Source: Bacteroidales bacterium (GTDB lineage: Bacteria; Bacteroidota; Bacteroidia; Bacteroidales; VadinHA17). Taken from it: 64,000 bases of DNA. The stretch is from NCBI GenBank assembly GCA_041686075.1, contig JAWLEO010000014.1:2627-66626 (forward strand). The letters are read 5' to 3'. Shown here piece after piece: positions 41,005 through 52,600 of this stretch. The notes beneath the pieces were generated by a model, which saw only the letters and a list, made by a program, of their open reading frames with translations, did not search any database and had not been told where the DNA came from. The translations under genes were made by a program, and so were the position numbers. The stretch's first letter is position 1; each line of letters opens with the position of its first letter.

Positions 41005-42384
41005 TTATTCGTACCTGAGTGATTCGATAGGATCCCTTTCCGATGCTCTTTTGGCAGGAGAATATCCGAAAATAACTCCTACCGCAGCAGAAACACCAAA
41101 AGCTATTACAACGGAAAATGGAGACACTATTGTTAATATACCTGATATTTCATTTATAAGCCTTGCGAGGATAATACCTAGGAAGACTCCTATAAAACCA
41201 CCGGTTACACTTATAAGTATTGCTTCTGACAGGAACTGCACCACTATATCCATTTTCTTTGCACCTATAGCCATGCGTGTGCCTATTTCTTTTATACGCT
41301 CCATTACCGATGCAAACATGATATTCATAATGCCTATTCCTCCAACCACCAGCGATATACTGGCTATTGCGCCCAGCACGATGTTGAAAATATCCTTTGT
41401 TCTCTGTTGTTGTTTCAATAATAATTCTGGAACGGTAATCTCAAAATCTTTAACGTTTGAATGACGCCTCAGCATCATGCGGCTGAGCACCTCGGTTGAG
41501 GGGTTCAGCTGTTCTGTCTCTTCCACCTGCACCACGATCCTGTCAAGCTGGTGGTAGTTTGTTGAAGATGATTGTGAAGGATCGGAGCCACCTGATATGG
41601 TGCGTCTTACCACCCTGCCATGCCCGAAAGACATAACCTGGGCAGAGGCCTCCGAGGCAAGTTTCTTTGTCAGGAGTTCCCTGTTCTGATACCTGAGTAA
41701 AAAGGTTTTTACAGGTATATAGATATTGTCATTATAAACATTAACCCCTGTTTCCTCAAAGCCCGTAAGATTAACATCCGTTCTTTCAAGCACTCCTATT
41801 ACTTTTAACCAAACACCATCAAACTTAATATACTGCCCGACGGGATCTACCTTACTGAAAAACTTGGCCCTTATATTGGCCCCTATCAGGCATACCGGTA
41901 TACCATGTTGTTCCTGGTAATCGTTAAAGTAAGTGCCATGATTCAGCGGCAGGTTATACAGTTCGAAATAATCATTTCTTACGCCAACCAACTTTGCCGG
42001 GTAACTCATTCCACTCAATAAAACTGTTGAATTATAAGAAATTTCCGGGCTTATTCTTTTCACTGATGGCAAAATTTGTTTAATAGCATCAACATCATAA
42101 AGTGTCAACCCCGGGCTGAATTTGTTTTGCTTTTTCTCCCCTTCATCTTCAGAAGATTCCTCGCTTTGAATTATAGGGCTTATCAGTATATTATTCACCC
42201 CAACCATTTTTATTTGTTCGAGTATTTCCTGTTGTGCCCCCTTTCCAATAGCAAGCATACTGATAACGGCAGCCACTCCGAAGATAATGCCGAGTGCTGT
42301 TAAAATTGACTTCAGTTTATTTGCCATAATTGCTTCAAAAGCAATTATTACGTCATGTAAATACCTTTTTATCATATCAATCAA
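41005..42384 (-). CDS. MacB-like ABC permease (no ATPase domain)
   Basis: SILTALGIIFGVAAVI, ISLVVGGIGIMNIM, ERIKEIGTRMAIGA, DPIESLRYE. Confidence 0.92.
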   Translation of the reverse strand: MIDMIKRYLHDVIIAFEAIMANKLKSILTALGIIFGVAAVISMLAIGKGAQQEILEQIKMVGVNNILISPIIQSEESSEDEGEKKQNKFSPGLTLYDVDAIKQILPSVKRISPEISYNSTVLLSGMSYPAKLVGVRNDYFELYNLPLNHGTYFNDYQEQHGIPVCLIGANIRAKFFSKVDPVGQYIKFDGVWLKVIGVLERTDVNLTGFEETGVNVYNDNIYIPVKTFLLRYQNRELLTKKLASEASAQVMSFGHGRVVRRTISGGSDPSQSSSTNYHQLDRIVVQVEETEQLNPSTEVLSRMMLRRHSNVKDFEITVPELLLKQQQRTKDIFNIVLGAIASISLVVGGIGIMNIMFASVMERIKEIGTRMAIGAKKMDIVVQFLSEAILISVTGGFIGVFLGIILARLINEISGILTIVSPFSVVIAFGVSAAVGVIFGYSPAKRASERDPIESLRYE

Positions 42385-42410
42385 GTAAAAAGATTAAAAC
42401 GTTCTCAGGT

Positions 42411-43895
42411 TTATTGCTGATTACCAACCTGTTCCTGGCCGCGGCCCTGGCCCTGGCCCTGGCCGCCTCCTTGTTGTTGCATCCTGCTCCTCATCTCCTC
42501 CCTTTCTTCTTCACTCATATTCATAAAGCGCTCCCTCATCTCGGGAGACATTTGCTGGGAACCACGTCTATTACGTTCTTCTATCTCCCTTTCTCTTTTT
42601 TCTTCTTCCTTCCTTTTCAATCTTTCTTTCTCACGAATAACATCTATTAATTCTTCTCCTACCAGCCTGAAGTTCTCGGGTTCCTCGGGCAGGCTCAGGT
42701 ACAACTGGTCATCTTCTACAATGCCCTGTTCCACTATCACCGAGTTTTCATTAGACCGCCCCAGCACCACAATCTGCCTGGTTCCGTTCCTGTGGTATAC
42801 ATAAGGTATACTGTCTACAGTGGCATGAACACATTCAAGCGGTATTGAAAGGACATCGTTATAGGAAGCTGTTATTATCTGGTTTCCCGTAGTCATTGAA
42901 GGGCGCAATATAGATTCAACCTCATCAAGTTTGATGATCACTTCAAACACCTTGGCATCGGTATTTGGCAATTGTTCGCCAATATTGGCCACGCTTATCA
43001 CCTTTCCGGTATATTTCTTTTCAGGGAAGGCATCCACGGTAATTTTGACAGGCTGATCCACCTTGACCTTACTTATGTCTATCTCATTAACGTATGTCTT
43101 TGAAATCATCGATGACAGGTCGGGCAGTGTAGCCACAACCGGATCAAAGGGGCTGATATTGGAACCCACTTTTCGTTTTGTTCCATCCCACTCCCTTTTA
43201 TATATCACCATCCCCGGGGCAGGTGCCGTCACTGTAAACTGTTCAAGCACTTTTTGCATGTCTCCTACGGTCTGTCTTTGCTCTTCCAGTTCATAACGCG
43301 CATCCCTCATATCAGCCTTTGCCTGTTGTACCTTAAGCTCATAGTTCTTTAGGGCCTGCTCATATGCCCTGGTTGCCTTGTCAAGGTTTATCCTGTTCTG
43401 CCGGATTGTTGTGGGAGGTTCATATTTTGATTGCTCAAGGGTGATCTCAGCCTCCTCCATATTAAATTTAAGATTCAGTATATCATCTCTCAGGTCACCC
43501 AGGGTTATGGTTGTATCCAGCTTCTTCATTTCATAGTCATTCTCCATCTGCTCCAGTTCATCCATCTCGTCTTTGAGCGTATTTTCTGCTTCTGAACGAT
43601 CGAGTGTAGCCACATAGTCACCTTTCTGCACCACTGTTCCTTCAGGGATAAGGTCCTGTATGGTTATATTCCTGAATCTCATCCGCCTGCCTCCCAGTCC
43701 ACTGGGCCCTTCTATATCAGTTGAATTTTCTGCCTGTAATTCACCTGTGGTTGATACAATTATCTCAAAATCCCCCCTTGTAGCCTCAGCATAAAGCAAG
43801 GCTATCTCATCCTGTTTTGTAAGACGGTTAAAAACAATCAGTGCAATTACTGCAACTGCAACCACTATACCTGAAATAATTAAAGTCTTCTTCAT
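42411..43895 (-). CDS. MacA/HlyD-type periplasmic adaptor
   Basis: EGTVVQKGD lipoyl half, coiled coil, APAPGMV, VNEIDISKVKVDQ, DAFP; low-complexity tail. Confidence 0.88.
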   Translation of the reverse strand: MKKTLIISGIVVAVAVIALIVFNRLTKQDEIALLYAEATRGDFEIIVSTTGELQAENSTDIEGPSGLGGRRMRFRNITIQDLIPEGTVVQKGDYVATLDRSEAENTLKDEMDELEQMENDYEMKKLDTTITLGDLRDDILNLKFNMEEAEITLEQSKYEPPTTIRQNRINLDKATRAYEQALKNYELKVQQAKADMRDARYELEEQRQTVGDMQKVLEQFTVTAPAPGMVIYKREWDGTKRKVGSNISPFDPVVATLPDLSSMISKTYVNEIDISKVKVDQPVKITVDAFPEKKYTGKVISVANIGEQLPNTDAKVFEVIIKLDEVESILRPSMTTGNQIITASYNDVLSIPLECVHATVDSIPYVYHRNGTRQIVVLGRSNENSVIVEQGIVEDDQLYLSLPEEPENFRLVGEELIDVIREKERLKRKEEEKREREIEERNRRGSQQMSPEMRERFMNMSEEEREEMRSRMQQQGGGQGQGQGRGQEQVGNQQ

Positions 43896-44094
43896 TATTT
43901 TAAATATTTGTTCAAATCGATTTTTTTTGCGGGGCTGAAATTATTAAAATTTTAGTCTCCTGATTTTCCTTTTAGTATATTAAACCACTATTTAACAATA
44001 ATTAACAGTGGGAACATATTTTTTGTTCCATCATATAAGTTGACAAATTGAATCAGGGTTTTATTCCACGAAAACCAAATAAGTGACATTCCAC

Positions 44095-45474
44095 TTATTT
44101 TTTAACAATTTTTATAATTTCTTCCGCCAGCGCGTCAGCATCTTCGCTGGTTTTTCCTTCGGAATATATCCTTAATATTGGTTCTGTATTGGATTTTCTA
44201 ATATTAACCCAGCCCCTTTCATTTTCCAGAAGCAGGCCGTCCTCAGTACTTACGACCTGATGACGTAACTTTTCATGGATTTTATTAATTATTTCATCTG
44301 CCTCGGGATCATCTGACAACTCTACCCTGTTTTTTGAAATAACATATTCCGGGTAAGTGGCTCTCAGTTCTGAACAGCTTCCATTCCTGTTTGCCAGTAA
44401 GGAAAGAAACAATGCTATTCCTGCCAGCGCATCACGTCCGTAATGGAGAGGAGGATAGATAACGCCGCCGTTACCTTCACCCCCTATCACTGCATTTACT
44501 TCCTTCATTTTTGCCACCACATTCACTTCGCCTACTGCCGAATAATGCCATTTACCCCCGTAATTTTCAGTTACATTTCTTAAAGCCCTGCTTGATGACA
44601 TGTTGCTTACCGTATTACCCTTTCTTTTTGACAGTATGTAATCGGCACAGGCCACCAGGGTATATTCCTCGTTAAAAAATGATCCGTCTTCGGACACTAT
44701 TGCCAGCCTGTCGACATCAGGATCAACCACAAAGCCCAGATCAGCATTATTATCTATTACCGCACGGCTCAGTTCCTCCAGGTTTTCCGGCAGGGGTTCA
44801 GGATTATGGGGAAAGAGCCCGTTAGGTTCGGTAAAAATGCCTATTATCTTTTTCACGCCCAGCCTGGTGAGCAGTTCCGGTAATATTAATCCACCAACAG
44901 AATTCACGCAATCAATAACAATGGTGAATTCCCTTTCTCTTATTTTATTAATATCAACATCAGGCAGGTCAAGCAGCATTTCAATATGCTTATTATTATA
45001 GCTCTTATCTTTCTTTACCGTTCCGATATTTTCATAAGCAGCAAAACTATAATCCATCCTTTCTGCTATTTCAAGTATCCGGCTTCCGTCATCAGCGGTC
45101 AGGAATTCACCTCTTTCATTAAGTAATTTAAGGGCATTCCACTGGACCGGGTTATGGCTGGCAGTTAGTATTATACCACCGGCCGCATTTTCACGTACCA
45201 CTGCAATCTCAACCGTTGGGGTTGTAGAAAGGCCAAGGTCCAGGACATCCAGGCCCATAGCCGTGAGGGTACCTGTCACCACCCTGCTTATCATCTCACC
45301 ACTTGGCCTGGCATCTCTTCCTGTAATTATTAAGTCTTGCTTTCTTCCCGCATTTTGCAATATCCATTCTCCGTATGCGGCTGTAAATTTCACCACATCA
45401 AGCGGGCTTAGCCCTGTTCCCGGTTTACCGCCTATAGTTCCTCTTATTCCTGAAATTGATTTTATTAATGACAT
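44095..45474 (-). CDS. glmM: Phosphoglucosamine mutase / phosphomannomutase
   Basis: Start MSLIKSISGIRG; TASHNP, DPDVDR, GGEGNGG, RKSNTEP. Confidence 0.87.
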   Translation of the reverse strand: MSLIKSISGIRGTIGGKPGTGLSPLDVVKFTAAYGEWILQNAGRKQDLIITGRDARPSGEMISRVVTGTLTAMGLDVLDLGLSTTPTVEIAVVRENAAGGIILTASHNPVQWNALKLLNERGEFLTADDGSRILEIAERMDYSFAAYENIGTVKKDKSYNNKHIEMLLDLPDVDINKIREREFTIVIDCVNSVGGLILPELLTRLGVKKIIGIFTEPNGLFPHNPEPLPENLEELSRAVIDNNADLGFVVDPDVDRLAIVSEDGSFFNEEYTLVACADYILSKRKGNTVSNMSSSRALRNVTENYGGKWHYSAVGEVNVVAKMKEVNAVIGGEGNGGVIYPPLHYGRDALAGIALFLSLLANRNGSCSELRATYPEYVISKNRVELSDDPEADEIINKIHEKLRHQVVSTEDGLLLENERGWVNIRKSNTEPILRIYSEGKTSEDADALAEEIIKIVKK

Positions 45475-45590
45475 GTCTGCTTGTTTAGTGAAACAAATAA
45501 AGTGGATATGTTTAGCCAATTAACAAAAGTGCAAAAAAATATTTTGTAAACAGATAAATGTTTAATATAAGGCTAAGGCTAAGGCTAAGG

Positions 45591-45875
45591 CTAAGGTTGA
45601 GTAATATTATCCAGTAAACCATTCTTTGATGAGACTTTTTTGCTGGTTTCAATACTTTTTATCATAGGGTCTAATTCCGAAATAACATCGCGGTATCCAT
45701 AAACAAGTTCATTCATTTCTTTATTTGTTATGTAATTAAGTGAATGCGAGGCAAGACTTTGATTAATAATTTCATAACAACTTCCTCTGGCTATCTTATA
45801 AAACCCCGTTTTATCAAATGGCTCATATCTACCAAATCCTTCAGCAGTATTGTTCGTTACAGTATGATTACTCAT
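45591..45875 (-). pseudogene. Degenerate four-helix bundle (IVP-like) gene
   Basis: NNTAEGFGRY...FYKIARGSCYE matches the family core, but the N-terminal helices and QLRRA motif are missing; flanked by (AAGGCT)n and (CCTTAG)n. Confidence 0.65.
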
Positions 45876-45905
45876 AATTTAACTTTAAGTAGCTTTCTAA
45901 TTTAA

Positions 45906-46060
45906 CCTTAGCCTTAGTCCCGAAATTCTTTCGCCAGAATGGCGATTTAGAATTTCGAGGATCCTCGAAAAAGCAAAGCTTTTTCGGGACCTTACCGTGT
46001 CCGCCGAAGCATGGCACGAGTCTGAAGACTCGCGCCAGCGAAGGCGGAGCCTTAGCCTAA
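45906..46060. repeat. REP-like palindromes with CCTTAG hexamers
   Basis: Nested hairpins plus a copy of the 36122 unit. Confidence 0.7.
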
Positions 46061-46106
46061 GAATTCACAAATAATCTTTACCTTTGCAGTCCGAAATTAT
46101 AAAGCA

Positions 46107-46859
46107 ATGAATGACAGGAGAAAAAGAGGATCCGGAAGGGCTGAGGGCGACGAAAAGATGGTAAGGCTGAACAAGTACATCTCAAACAGCGGGGTATGCA
46201 GTCGCAGGGATGCTGACCTACTGATCGCCAGGGGTGAAATAAGTGTTGACGGCAAAATAGTCACTGACCTGGGCACGAAGGTTTCACCCGGGTCGAAGGT
46301 GGAATATAAGGGAAGGATACTGAACCCCGAGAAAAAAGTATATATACTACTGAATAAACCTGCCGGATATGTCAGTACAACCAATGATCCTCATGCCAGT
46401 AAACTGGTCACCGACCTGATCAAAAATGCCTGTTCCGAAAGAGTATACCCTGTGGGCCGTCTGGACAAAAACACCACTGGATTACTCTTGTTCACAAACG
46501 ACGGGGAGTTAACAAAAAAATTAAGCCACCCCTCACATGGCAAAAAGAAAATATACCATGTACACCTGAACCGACCACTTACACGCAGTGATATGACAAA
46601 GCTTGCGGAAGGTGTTGACATCGGTGAAGTAGTAGCGGCAGATGCTGTTGCATATCCTGATCCAGAAGACAAAACCCAGGTGGGGATTGAAATACATTCG
46701 GGTCAGAACAGGGTGGTAAGAAGAATGTTTGAAGGCCTGGGTTACAGGATAAAAAAGCTCGACAGGGTATATTATGCGGGTCTTACGAAAAAAAACCTCC
46801 CCAGGGGAAAGTGGAGGTTTCTCACAAATAAGGAAATAAATATTCTGAAAAGGTCATAA
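46107..46859 (+). CDS. rluB: 23S rRNA pseudouridine synthase (RluB/RsuA family)
   Basis: S4 domain RLNKYISNSGVCSRR, LLNKP, GRLDKNTTG, GQNRVVRR; -7 box TACCTTTG at 46079. Confidence 0.88.
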   Translation: MNDRRKRGSGRAEGDEKMVRLNKYISNSGVCSRRDADLLIARGEISVDGKIVTDLGTKVSPGSKVEYKGRILNPEKKVYILLNKPAGYVSTTNDPHASKLVTDLIKNACSERVYPVGRLDKNTTGLLLFTNDGELTKKLSHPSHGKKKIYHVHLNRPLTRSDMTKLAEGVDIGEVVAADAVAYPDPEDKTQVGIEIHSGQNRVVRRMFEGLGYRIKKLDRVYYAGLTKKNLPRGKWRFLTNKEINILKRS

Positions 46860-46870
46860 ATCAAAAATAT

Positions 46871-47746
46871 ATGGCTCATAAATCAGGTTTTGTTAATATA
46901 CTTGGTAATCCCAATGTCGGAAAATCAACAATCATGAATGCGCTTGTGGGTGAGAAATTGTCGATCATCACCTCCAAATCACAAACCACAAGGCACAGGA
47001 TTCTTGGCATTGTTAATGGTGACGATTTTCAGATAGTATTTTCAGATACACCGGGAATAATAAAACCTGCCTACAAGCTGCAGGAAGCCATGATGAAGTC
47101 GGTTTACAGTGCGATAGGTGATGCCGACCTGATTGTTTATGTGACGGATGTTAATGAGAAGATAGATAAAAACAGGGAAGCCCTTAACAGGGTTATCAAT
47201 TCAGAAGTCCCTGTAATACTGGCCGTAAACAAAATAGATCTTAGCAAGCAGGAGAAACTTGAACAGCTGGTTGAAAAATGGAAGGCGATTATGCCGGGGG
47301 CACTAATAATACCTCTATCGGCCAGGGAGAAATTCAATACGGACAACCTGCTCAAAATCATCCTGGAAAAGTTGCCCGAGGGTCCTGCCTATTTCCCTAA
47401 AGACCAGATAACAGACAGGTATGAAAGGTTCTTTGTTTCAGAAATAATACGGGAGAAGATATTAAATAATTATAAAAAGGAAATACCCTACTCGGTTGAA
47501 ATCGAAATTGAGACTTATAAAGAGGAGAGTAAGATAGTAAATATAAGGGCTGTGATCCATGTTACAAGGGAGAGTCAAAAAGGGATAATCATAGGTCACA
47601 GGGGAAAGATGCTGAAAAAAACAGGAACTGAAGCAAGAAAAGACATTGAGGAATTCATAGGCAAAAAAGTGTATCTTGAGTTATATGTTAAAGTCTCGAA
47701 GGATTGGCGCGACAGGCCTGGTGCACTTAAAAAGTTTGGTTATTGA
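46871..47746 (+). CDS. era: GTPase Era
   Basis: GNPNVGKST, QTTR, DTPG, NKID, KH domain EIPYS...IIIG. Confidence 0.97.
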   Translation: MAHKSGFVNILGNPNVGKSTIMNALVGEKLSIITSKSQTTRHRILGIVNGDDFQIVFSDTPGIIKPAYKLQEAMMKSVYSAIGDADLIVYVTDVNEKIDKNREALNRVINSEVPVILAVNKIDLSKQEKLEQLVEKWKAIMPGALIIPLSAREKFNTDNLLKIILEKLPEGPAYFPKDQITDRYERFFVSEIIREKILNNYKKEIPYSVEIEIETYKEESKIVNIRAVIHVTRESQKGIIIGHRGKMLKKTGTEARKDIEEFIGKKVYLELYVKVSKDWRDRPGALKKFGY

Positions 47747-47757
47747 ATTAAGGTATA

Positions 47758-49062
47758 ATGAACAGGATAGTAGCAATAGTAGGAAGGCCCAATGTAGGCA
47801 AGTCAACCCTGTTTAACAGGTTCACCGAGACCAGGCAGGCCATTGTTGACGAAATGAGCGGCGTCACACGTGACAGGCATTACGGCAAGGTGGAATGGAA
47901 TGGCAGGATATTTTCAGTCATTGATACAGGGGGTTATGTCAATGACTCCGATGATATTTTTGAGAGTGAAATAAACAGGCAGGTAGAAATTGCAATCGAT
48001 GAGGCTGCACTGATCCTTTTTATGGTTGACGTTACCACGGGATTAACTGACCTGGATATGTCAGTGGCCAATATGCTCAGAAAATCTGGTAAAAAAGTTA
48101 TCCCTGTTGTTAATAAGGTTGATAACAACGCCCGTTTACTTGAAGCTGTTGAGTTTTACAAGCTAGGCCTGGGTGAATATTACGCCATTTCATCCATTAA
48201 CGGGGCAGGGACCGGTGACCTGCTTGACAAAATAGTGGACAGCCTCCCCGTAGAAAAAGAGGCAGAAGAAGAGACACTTCCCAGGATAACAGTGGCAGGG
48301 AGACCAAATGTGGGAAAATCATCATTGCTGAACAGCCTGACCGGGGAAAACAGAAATATCGTCACGCCGGTAGCCGGGACAACACGGGATTCGGTACTGA
48401 TAAGATATAAAAAATATGGCCACGATTTTTTCCTTATAGACACTGCAGGCCTGAGAAGAAAATCCAGGGTTAATGAAGATGTTGAATACTATTCGGTAGT
48501 CAGGGCAATAAAGGCTATAGAAAATTCCGATGTCTGTCTTTTAATGATAGATGCAACAATTGGCCTGGAGTCACAGGATATGAAAATAATGAATATAATT
48601 CTTAGCAATAACAAGGGACTCGTTTTACTTGTCAATAAGTGGGATCTTGCCGACAAGGACTCCAATTCGGCCAGGAAGATTGAAAAGGAGATAAAAAATA
48701 AAACCTCACCATTCACTGACTATCCTTTGCTTTTCATCTCTGCAATATATAAACAGAGGATACACCGGGTTATCAGTGAGGCTTTACGGGTTTATGATAA
48801 CAGGATAAGAAAAATACCCACCGCGGCTTTAAACAACTACCTCCTGCCTATTATTGAAAAAAATCCTCCTCCCTCAACGAAAGGTAAATTCATTAAGATT
48901 AAATATATCAGCCAGCTTCCGACATTCTATCCTTCCTTTGCCTTTTTCTGTAATCATCCGCAATATGTCAGGGAATCCTACAGGAGATATCTTGAAAACA
49001 GGCTTAGGGAGAAGTATGAATTCACCGGGGTGCCTATTAAAATATTTTTCAGAAAAAAATAG
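47758..49062 (+). CDS. der: Ribosome biogenesis GTPase Der (EngA)
   Basis: Two G domains: [34 protein letters not shown]. Confidence 0.97.
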   Translation: MNRIVAIVGRPNVGKSTLFNRFTETRQAIVDEMSGVTRDRHYGKVEWNGRIFSVIDTGGYVNDSDDIFESEINRQVEIAIDEAALILFMVDVTTGLTDLDMSVANMLRKSGKKVIPVVNKVDNNARLLEAVEFYKLGLGEYYAISSINGAGTGDLLDKIVDSLPVEKEAEEETLPRITVAGRPNVGKSSLLNSLTGENRNIVTPVAGTTRDSVLIRYKKYGHDFFLIDTAGLRRKSRVNEDVEYYSVVRAIKAIENSDVCLLMIDATIGLESQDMKIMNIILSNNKGLVLLVNKWDLADKDSNSARKIEKEIKNKTSPFTDYPLLFISAIYKQRIHRVISEALRVYDNRIRKIPTAALNNYLLPIIEKNPPPSTKGKFIKIKYISQLPTFYPSFAFFCNHPQYVRESYRRYLENRLREKYEFTGVPIKIFFRKK

Positions 49063-49097
49063 TTATTTTGGTTTAATTTTTGATACTAGAGCTATAT

Positions 49098-49637
49098 ATG
49101 AGAAATCTGTTAGCCATATTATTTATTTTGGTTTTACTTCACCCCTTTTTCAACAGTTGCGAGAAGATAAAGCAACTTCCTCCGGAACCTCTTGTTGAAT
49201 TCAGGCAGTTTACCATGTACGATACTGTTGACACCCTTCTTGGTAACCCGGCCAAAGCAGGCATACTTGAATTTTATTTTGAAGATGGTGACGGAGATCT
49301 TGGACTGAAGCAACCTGTTGAAGATCAAACTGAAATTGAAACAAAAAACCTTTTTCTTACTCTTTATTACAAGGAAGACGGTATTTTTACCGAGGCTGAT
49401 AGTTCCGATGATAACAGGCCACCTGGCTACAGGATACCATATATGGAAAGGGAAGGCCAGAACAAGATTCTCCAGGGTATAATCGAGATCACTTTCTTTT
49501 ACTATTACTATACCTTTGATCTCACAGACACTATAATGTACGAGTTTTATATAAAGGACAGGGCGGGAAATGAGAGCAATATTGCTTCAACCTGTGAGAT
49601 CCCTTTCAGTCTTGATGGTAGCTGCGTGAATGAATAG
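49098..49637 (+). CDS. Putative lipoprotein
   Basis: MRNLLAIL...FNSC lipobox; FEDGDGDLG and YIKDRAGNESN motifs. Confidence 0.7.
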   Translation: MRNLLAILFILVLLHPFFNSCEKIKQLPPEPLVEFRQFTMYDTVDTLLGNPAKAGILEFYFEDGDGDLGLKQPVEDQTEIETKNLFLTLYYKEDGIFTEADSSDDNRPPGYRIPYMEREGQNKILQGIIEITFFYYYYTFDLTDTIMYEFYIKDRAGNESNIASTCEIPFSLDGSCVNE

Positions 49638-49645
49638 TTGTATCC

Positions 49646-52600
49646 TTATATCCTGAATCCCATCATCAGAACATCATCAACCTGTGGATAGCTTCCTTTC
49701 CATTCATCAAAGTAATCATTTACTCTTTTTTGCTGCTCATCCATGTTAAGGTCCTTAATTTCCTCGATAAGTCTTTTCAGCCTTACTATCTTAAGTTTCT
49801 TCCCATCGGCTCCTCCAAACTGATCAGGATAGCCATCCGAAAAGAGATATACGATATCATTATTCTTGAGATAATATTCCTGGTCATCAAAAAATTTCTC
49901 TTCCATGTATTCACCTCCTACAGAGTTTTTATTCCCCCTGAAGTAATATTGTTCACCATCCATAACAATGATAACGGGGCGCAATGCAGAAGCAAATCTC
50001 AGCAGGCGAATTTTAGGATTATATTCACAAACCACCATGTCCATTCCGTCATTGGATGTATCATCACCTGTCTGGTTGAGGGTTGTGGTAATCTCATTAT
50101 CCAGGGCACGTAATATCTCCGAGGGCCTGGTTATATCCTTCCTGTTGACTATTTCCTGGAGCAAGGCTGATCCTATCATCGACATGAAGGCTCCGGGAAC
50201 ACCATGTCCGGTTGAGTCAGCACACACTATCATGATTTTATCATCACTGACTTTATCAAACCAGTAAAAATCACCACTGACGATATCCCTCGGGCGGAAA
50301 AACACGAATGAACCCTGGAAATTTTCATTCAGCCTTTTCACCGGAGGCAGGAGGCTGGCCTGTATTCTCTGTGCGTAATTAATACTATCCGTTATCTCCC
50401 TGTTTTTATATTCGATTTCTTCTTTCTGGACAATGACCTCCTTGGTCCGCTCCGCCAGTTCTTCCTCCAGGAATTTCTTTACCCTGGCCTGCTTTCTCTC
50501 ACGTACTTTTATAATCACCACCACTATAACCACCAATAATAAGACTGCCGCAGAGATAAACCACCATGTTTTCCAGAATGGTTTTTTGATATTTATTTCA
50601 AAACTTTTTATCTGGTCATCCGATATATCCTCATAGACATAAGCAAGGATATTAAAACGGTAGCTCCCATCACCTAACCTGTATGTTACGCTCCTTGCAT
50701 AGGTTGGATCCGACCACTCCGTATCGTAATTCTCCATGCTATAGCTGTAATACACTTTCTCGGGGTCTGAATAGTTAAGTCCGACATAATCAATTTTTAC
50801 AGTGTATCTCGACTTATAGGGGAGGTTATATACATCTTTCTGGGGCATTATACTATCATTGATGGTCACCGACAGTATATTGGTTTCCGGTGGTTTAAGT
50901 TCTTCTTTCTCCTTTTCAGGGTTATAAAGCATAAAGCCTTCCGTTGTTCCGATCAAAACGTGTCCTTCCGATGTTTCGCATATAGCATTCTCGTTACAAT
51001 CAGCCCCGGTTCCAAAGATGTCGACGAAAGTTCTTATCTCGTCTATGGCCTGGTTATAAACAGAAAATCCCCTGCGGTGTCCAATCCATATTTTGTTTCT
51101 GCTGTCGCAGAGTATACTATAGCAAAAATCTGAGTATAAGCCGTTACGGTTTGTTATACTCCATACTGCATCGCTTTCAAAACAGAAGACGCCGGATCCT
51201 ATTGTGGCACCCCATATTTTGTTCTCTTTTTCCACAGCGAATGATTGGAACACATTTTTGACACCGCCATAAATAATCGTTTTACCTGAAGAAACTCCTG
51301 TGTCGGGGTTTATTTGATACAGTCGCTTACTTTCAGTGGCGACAATAACATTACCATCACCCAGTGGCACCAACTGGTTTATATTATTGTGTGGCAATTT
51401 TTCAGATGTTGTGAACCGGCTGATACTCTTTGTCACCTTATTTATGCTTATAACACCTCCCCTTGTTCCGAGCCAGATATAGCCGGATTCATCGAGTATG
51501 TCTTCTATATAGTTTTCCATGTTATTGCCTGATCTGAACAGGATGTCTGTTCTCCCATTGCTATCGCGTGTATACACTCCCTGTCCCTCCGTTCCCAGCA
51601 AAATAGAGCCGTCATCATAAAGATAATAATCTGAAATCCTTGCACCATTGACTGAACGTCTGAGATCAGTGTAACTCAGGGTGCTTTCTGCATTAATATC
51701 AAACAGGTAATATCCCTCTGCTGTACCGGCAAAAATATTTCCTTTAAATTCATCAACATATATAATATTATTCTTATCAGGCACATTAGCCGGCCTGTAA
51801 AATTTATATGCCTCTGACCTTAGGACAGACACGCCACTGCCGAAATGCCCTATCCAGATGTTACCCCAATCGTCCTCATAACTGGTTTTTATATCGTTTC
51901 CGGGCATTCCAGCATCCACGCCGAGCACTTCATATGATATTATATCAGCTGTAATGCTATCGATTTCGGCTTTTATCAATCCGTTTCGGAAAGTGGAAAT
52001 CCACAAGGTCCCCTTACTGTCGATCATTAATGACTGTATCCTGGAGCGGGTAAAAATATCTTCCTCCCCTATTCTTTTTAGATTTATTTTACCATTATCG
52101 AAACTGGCAGCGAATAAACCATTATCTTCTGTGCCTATAAAATAGATACCGGCTTTATTACTTTGCTTTATATCCTGTACCTTGTTATACATCAGCTCAT
52201 CTGCCACTGCAATCTCCTTCAATGTGTCATCCTCAAAACTACACAATGACAGCCCGTTCTGTGTGCCCAGAACCATTTGATCATCTTCCGTGAAGGCACC
52301 GCAGAAGAGGAATTCATTTACAGGATTATCAATTGATATAGTTGATGTATTATTTTCAGGATCAAAGGCATACAGCCCTTTGCTCTGTGTAATAATAAAT
52401 ATTATTGAATCCCGGTTTTCAGAGATATTATTTACTCGCACCGCATCGATACCCGGTATCTCTTTGAGGTGCCTGCCATCTGTGTAATGGACTGTTCCAT
52501 CATTGAACCCGAAATATATTGTTCCATCCTGTGCCTCATATGATGATATGGGAAAATTTGTTTCCAGAGTATCAGAAACATATGACATATGGTATTCGAA

